Part shown: in pieces, positions 60,958-64,000 of the stretch | How positions within the stretch are numbered: the first letter of the stretch is position 1 | Layout: every line of letters starts with the position of its first letter | Assembly: GCA_963664435.2 (NCBI GenBank) | Contig: CAXXKM010000002.1 | Span: 480,001 to 544,000, forward strand | Source: Longimicrobiales bacterium | GTDB lineage: Bacteria > Gemmatimonadota > Gemmatimonadetes > Longimicrobiales > Gaopeijiaceae | Direction of reading: 5' to 3' | DNA length: 64,000 nucleotides | Notes under the pieces: generated by a model | Seen by the model: only the letters and a program-made list of their open reading frames with translations | Databases searched by the model: none | Told to the model about the DNA's origin: nothing | Program-made: the position numbers and the translations under genes

Positions 60958-62411
60958 CCGCGCGCCCCGCGCCTGGTGTCCAACTCGGCCAGAAGCTGCT
61001 CGTGGATGCCCCCGAAGCCCCCGTTGGACATGATCAACACGACATCGCCCGGGCGCGCTCCGCGGACGACGCGGCGCACGATGGCGTCGACGTTCGGTTC
61101 GTAGTCGGCGTCGACGCCCCGGGCGCGCAGCGACGCGATCAGCTGCCGGGGGTCCAGGCGGGTCGCGTCATCGTAGCGCTCGGGTCGGAAGAGCCCGGCC
61201 ACGATGGCGTGGTCGGCCAGGGCGAGCGCCGCCCCGTAGGCTTCCTGGAATTCGCGCCGCTGGGCGGTGTAGCTGCGGGGTTCGAAGACGGCGATCAGCC
61301 GTCGGCCCGGGAACCGTTGCCGCGCCGCTCCCAGGGTCGCCGCGACCGCGGTGGGGTGGTGCGCGAAGTCGTCCACCACGGTGACGCCCCCCGCCTCCCC
61401 CCGAACTTCCATGCGGCGGCGGACGCCCCGGAAGGTATGCAGGCCCTCGCGGATCGCGTCCCATTGCGCGCCCGCCGCGGCCGCCGCCGCCAGCGCCGCG
61501 AGGGCGTTCAGGACGTTGAAATCCCCCGCGAGCTCCATCTCCACCTCCCCCAGCACCTCGCCGTCCCGCCGGACCGCGAAGCGGGTGCAGGCCTCGCCGT
61601 AGCGTATGCGCTCCGCCCGCCAGCGCGGATGCGAAGGCTCGCCCCCGGCCATCGCCTCCGGCGCCATCTCCCTCCCCGAATCGCCGATGCCGAAGGACTG
61701 AACCGGCGCGCGCGAGATCCCGAGCATCCCGCGCAGCACAGGGGAGTCCCAGCCCGCCACCAGCGTGCCTGCCCGCGGAACCAGGTTGATGAAGCGCTCG
61801 AAGGCGAACCGGTACGAGATATCGTCCCGGAAGATGTCCGCGTGGTCGAACTCGACGTTGGTCACCACCGCCGTCCAGGGCAGGTAGTGCCACATCTTGG
61901 GGCCCTTGTCGAAGTACGCGGTGTCGTACTCGTCGGCCTCGATGACGAAGAACTCGGAGTCCGTGAGCCGGAACGAGATGCCGAAGTTCTCCGCGATCCC
62001 TCCGATCAGAAACGAAGGGGCGAGCCCCGCCGCCTCGAGCAGCCATGCCACCAGGCTCGCGGTGGTGGTCTTGCCGTGCGTGCCCGCCACCGCCAGCACA
62101 TGGCGGCCTTCCAGAAACTCGCCCTTGATCACGGCTGCGGCCGACGCATGGCGCAATCGCCGGTCGAGCACCTCCTCGAGCTCCGGGTTCCCGCGGCTGA
62201 TCGCATTGCCCACCACGACCACGTCCGGAGCGGCGGCCAGGTTGTCCGGGTGGTACCGGGCCGCGTACTCGATGCCCAGATCGTCGAGCATCAGCGACAT
62301 GGGAGGATAGACCCCCTGGTCGGAGCCGGTCACCCGGTGGCCCTTCGCGCGCAGCAGACCGGCGAGCGAAGCCATCGCCGTGCCCGCGATGCCGATCAGG
62401 TGATAGTGCAT
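60954..62411 (-). CDS. mpl: Murein peptide ligase Mpl
   Basis: GIAGTAM, AGTHGKTTT, EADEYDTAYFDK, FDHADI, DDFAHHPTA, FEPRS, MSNGGFGG. Confidence 0.92.
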   Translation of the reverse strand: MHYHLIGIAGTAMASLAGLLRAKGHRVTGSDQGVYPPMSLMLDDLGIEYAARYHPDNLAAAPDVVVVGNAISRGNPELEEVLDRRLRHASAAAVIKGEFLEGRHVLAVAGTHGKTTTASLVAWLLEAAGLAPSFLIGGIAENFGISFRLTDSEFFVIEADEYDTAYFDKGPKMWHYLPWTAVVTNVEFDHADIFRDDISYRFAFERFINLVPRAGTLVAGWDSPVLRGMLGISRAPVQSFGIGDSGREMAPEAMAGGEPSHPRWRAERIRYGEACTRFAVRRDGEVLGEVEMELAGDFNVLNALAALAAAAAAGAQWDAIREGLHTFRGVRRRMEVRGEAGGVTVVDDFAHHPTAVAATLGAARQRFPGRRLIAVFEPRSYTAQRREFQEAYGAALALADHAIVAGLFRPERYDDATRLDPRQLIASLRARGVDADYEPNVDAIVRRVVRGARPGDVVLIMSNGGFGGIHEQLLAELDTRRGARG

Positions 62412-62448
62412 GGCTCCCCTGGAAACCTGGATGCGTCCCTGCCGCGCA

Positions 62449-64000
62449 TCACCCTTCCTGGCGCTGCCGCGATGCCCCTGGCGCGGTGTGCATCTCGCGC
62501 ATCCATCCGGCGGCAAGCGCGCCCACTACGACGACCCCCAGCACGCCCCCCGGCCTCGCACCCGCGTATGGCCCGGTTGCGACCTGGACGAGGAAGTCGG
62601 CGCACATCAGGGTTCCGACGATGCCGGGCATCAGGGCCGGCGCCGCCGCGCCGAGACGGGCCAGTCCGAGCAAGACGGCCCCGGACGCGAGTACCGCGGG
62701 CACCCAGGTGAGAACCGATTCCTCCAGAGGCCCCGACACGGAGAGAATACCGGCCGCCGCCACGCAGACCCACAGCGCGATGCGTGAGCGGGCGCGGGCG
62801 CGCGACCTCAGCGCGAGGCCGCTCATCAGGAGCAGCCCGGTCGTCCCAAAGAGAAACACGGTGGTCGCTCCAAGCGGTCCGGCCAGGGTTGGGATGAAGG
62901 AGTTGGCCCCGGCCACGTCGGGCCACGCGGGAAGCCCCCCTGCGATCCACTCTTCGAGCGTCACCAGACCCAGCAGGACAGCGCCCGCCGCCAGGGCCAT
63001 CGAGCGCGATACCGGCGCCGGCCCGTCCCGCCTCTCTCCCAGCCATCGGTGCGCGAGCGCGATCCCCAGACCGACCGCCGCCGATCCGAAAAGAAGCCCG
63101 AGAAAGCCCCCGAACACGGCGATCCCGGCCTGAAGGCCCCACGGCTGCAGCGCAGAGAAGAACGACGCGGTCCCCGGCCAGGAGTTCACTTGTCCGAGGC
63201 CGAGCGCCACCGCGGCGAGCAGGGTAGCCCGGACGAACAACCTCGTATCCAGCCCGCGCTTCGCCCACGTGACCGCCGACAGGACGCATGCCCCGGCGAA
63301 ACCGAGCACGAGCACGAGCACGGCGCACAGGTTCACCAGGCTCCGGAGCGCCTCGCTGTCCCCCCGCGCGAGCTCCCACTCCTCGGGCACGTTGACGAAG
63401 CGAGCCACGTCCACGATCTCGTCGCCGGCCAGCACCACCGTCAATCGCGCTTCGCCGGGGATTTCCGGGAGTACCGCCCGATCCTCAAAGGTGAATCTCC
63501 AGTCCGTGCGCTCCGGACGAACCGTCTGGACGGCGCCGACCTCGTCGATGGACTCCGGGCCCATCCCGAACCTTGCCTGGATGGCGCCGAGCGCGGCCGC
63601 CCGCGCCTCCTCCTCCTCCAGATGCGCGCCCGGATGCGCCTCGGGCAGGATGTGCCGGAAACGTACGGGTTCGGCCGCCGCATCGAGGTGGACGCGCAGT
63701 TCCTCGACGCGCTGCTCGGGATCGGCATTGAAGTCCAGGAAGCGTACCATCCATTGAGGCCTGTTCAGATAGGTTCCGAGCAGGCTCTCGTACACCTCCG
63801 GGCCCGCCTCCTCGAAGACGTACCGGTGGTCGTCTCCCCGGCCGCCATCCACCCGGGAAAGGGATGTCCACGACTCCACGGCGTGCCCGCGGCGGGTCAG
63901 CGTGTCCAGGGCGACCGCGATCGCCTCGCTCCGGGTCGCCGTCAACCGGGGGGCTGCGCCGGCATTCGTGAACGCTCCGGGGGCCCAGGCGAAGACGCCC
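62449..64000 (-). CDS. Large membrane protein, C-terminal part only (possibly CPBP/Abi-associated)
   Basis: Open frame runs off the window end; periplasmic domain followed by many TM segments. Confidence 0.6.
   Translation of the reverse strand, partial: GVFAWAPGAFTNAGAAPRLTATRSEAIAVALDTLTRRGHAVESWTSLSRVDGGRGDDHRYVFEEAGPEVYESLLGTYLNRPQWMVRFLDFNADPEQRVEELRVHLDAAAEPVRFRHILPEAHPGAHLEEEEARAAALGAIQARFGMGPESIDEVGAVQTVRPERTDWRFTFEDRAVLPEIPGEARLTVVLAGDEIVDVARFVNVPEEWELARGDSEALRSLVNLCAVLVLVLGFAGACVLSAVTWAKRGLDTRLFVRATLLAAVALGLGQVNSWPGTASFFSALQPWGLQAGIAVFGGFLGLLFGSAAVGLGIALAHRWLGERRDGPAPVSRSMALAAGAVLLGLVTLEEWIAGGLPAWPDVAGANSFIPTLAGPLGATTVFLFGTTGLLLMSGLALRSRARARSRIALWVCVAAAGILSVSGPLEESVLTWVPAVLASGAVLLGLARLGAAAPALMPGIVGTLMCADFLVQVATGPYAGARPGGVLGVVVVGALAAGWMREMHTAPGASRQRQEG

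Overview
High-GC bacterial window. The gene content (VPS10/BNR hydrolase, LVIVD lipoprotein, AAA_14/DUF4143 and AAA-PD-(D/E)XK ATPases, TA pairs) suggests a Gemmatimonadota-like lineage, but this is inference only. From left to right it carries: a frameshifted beta-barrel gene; a sugar ABC operon flanked by two GH63-like hydrolases; an accessory stretch (Xre-RES and Phd-VapC TA pairs, methyltransferases, YfiT, an ATPase fusion); a complete minus-strand type I-G (I-U) CRISPR-Cas locus (cas7g, csb2, cas3, cas8g, an extra Cas6-like half of csb2, inserted debris, cas4/1, cas2, leader, 27-repeat array); then housekeeping and secreted enzymes (thiC, ggt, peptidases, ldcA, mpl) and a repeat-flanked DUF222-HNH gene. 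The most striking signal is non-coding, directly upstream of cas7g (32219-32450, minus strand). It consists of a degenerate CRISPR repeat, a spacer-length guide, a hairpin, and a tRNA-Arg(ACG)-like RNA with an extended anticodon arm. The guide matches DNA just upstream of the cassette, next to a TTC PAM, with mismatches at positions 6, 9, 12 and 18. This points to a Cascade-autorepressed cassette carrying a tRNA mimic, which could be a CreTA/CreR-like toxin or an RNase P processing signal. All protein calls come from motif recognition by eye; no database search was run.
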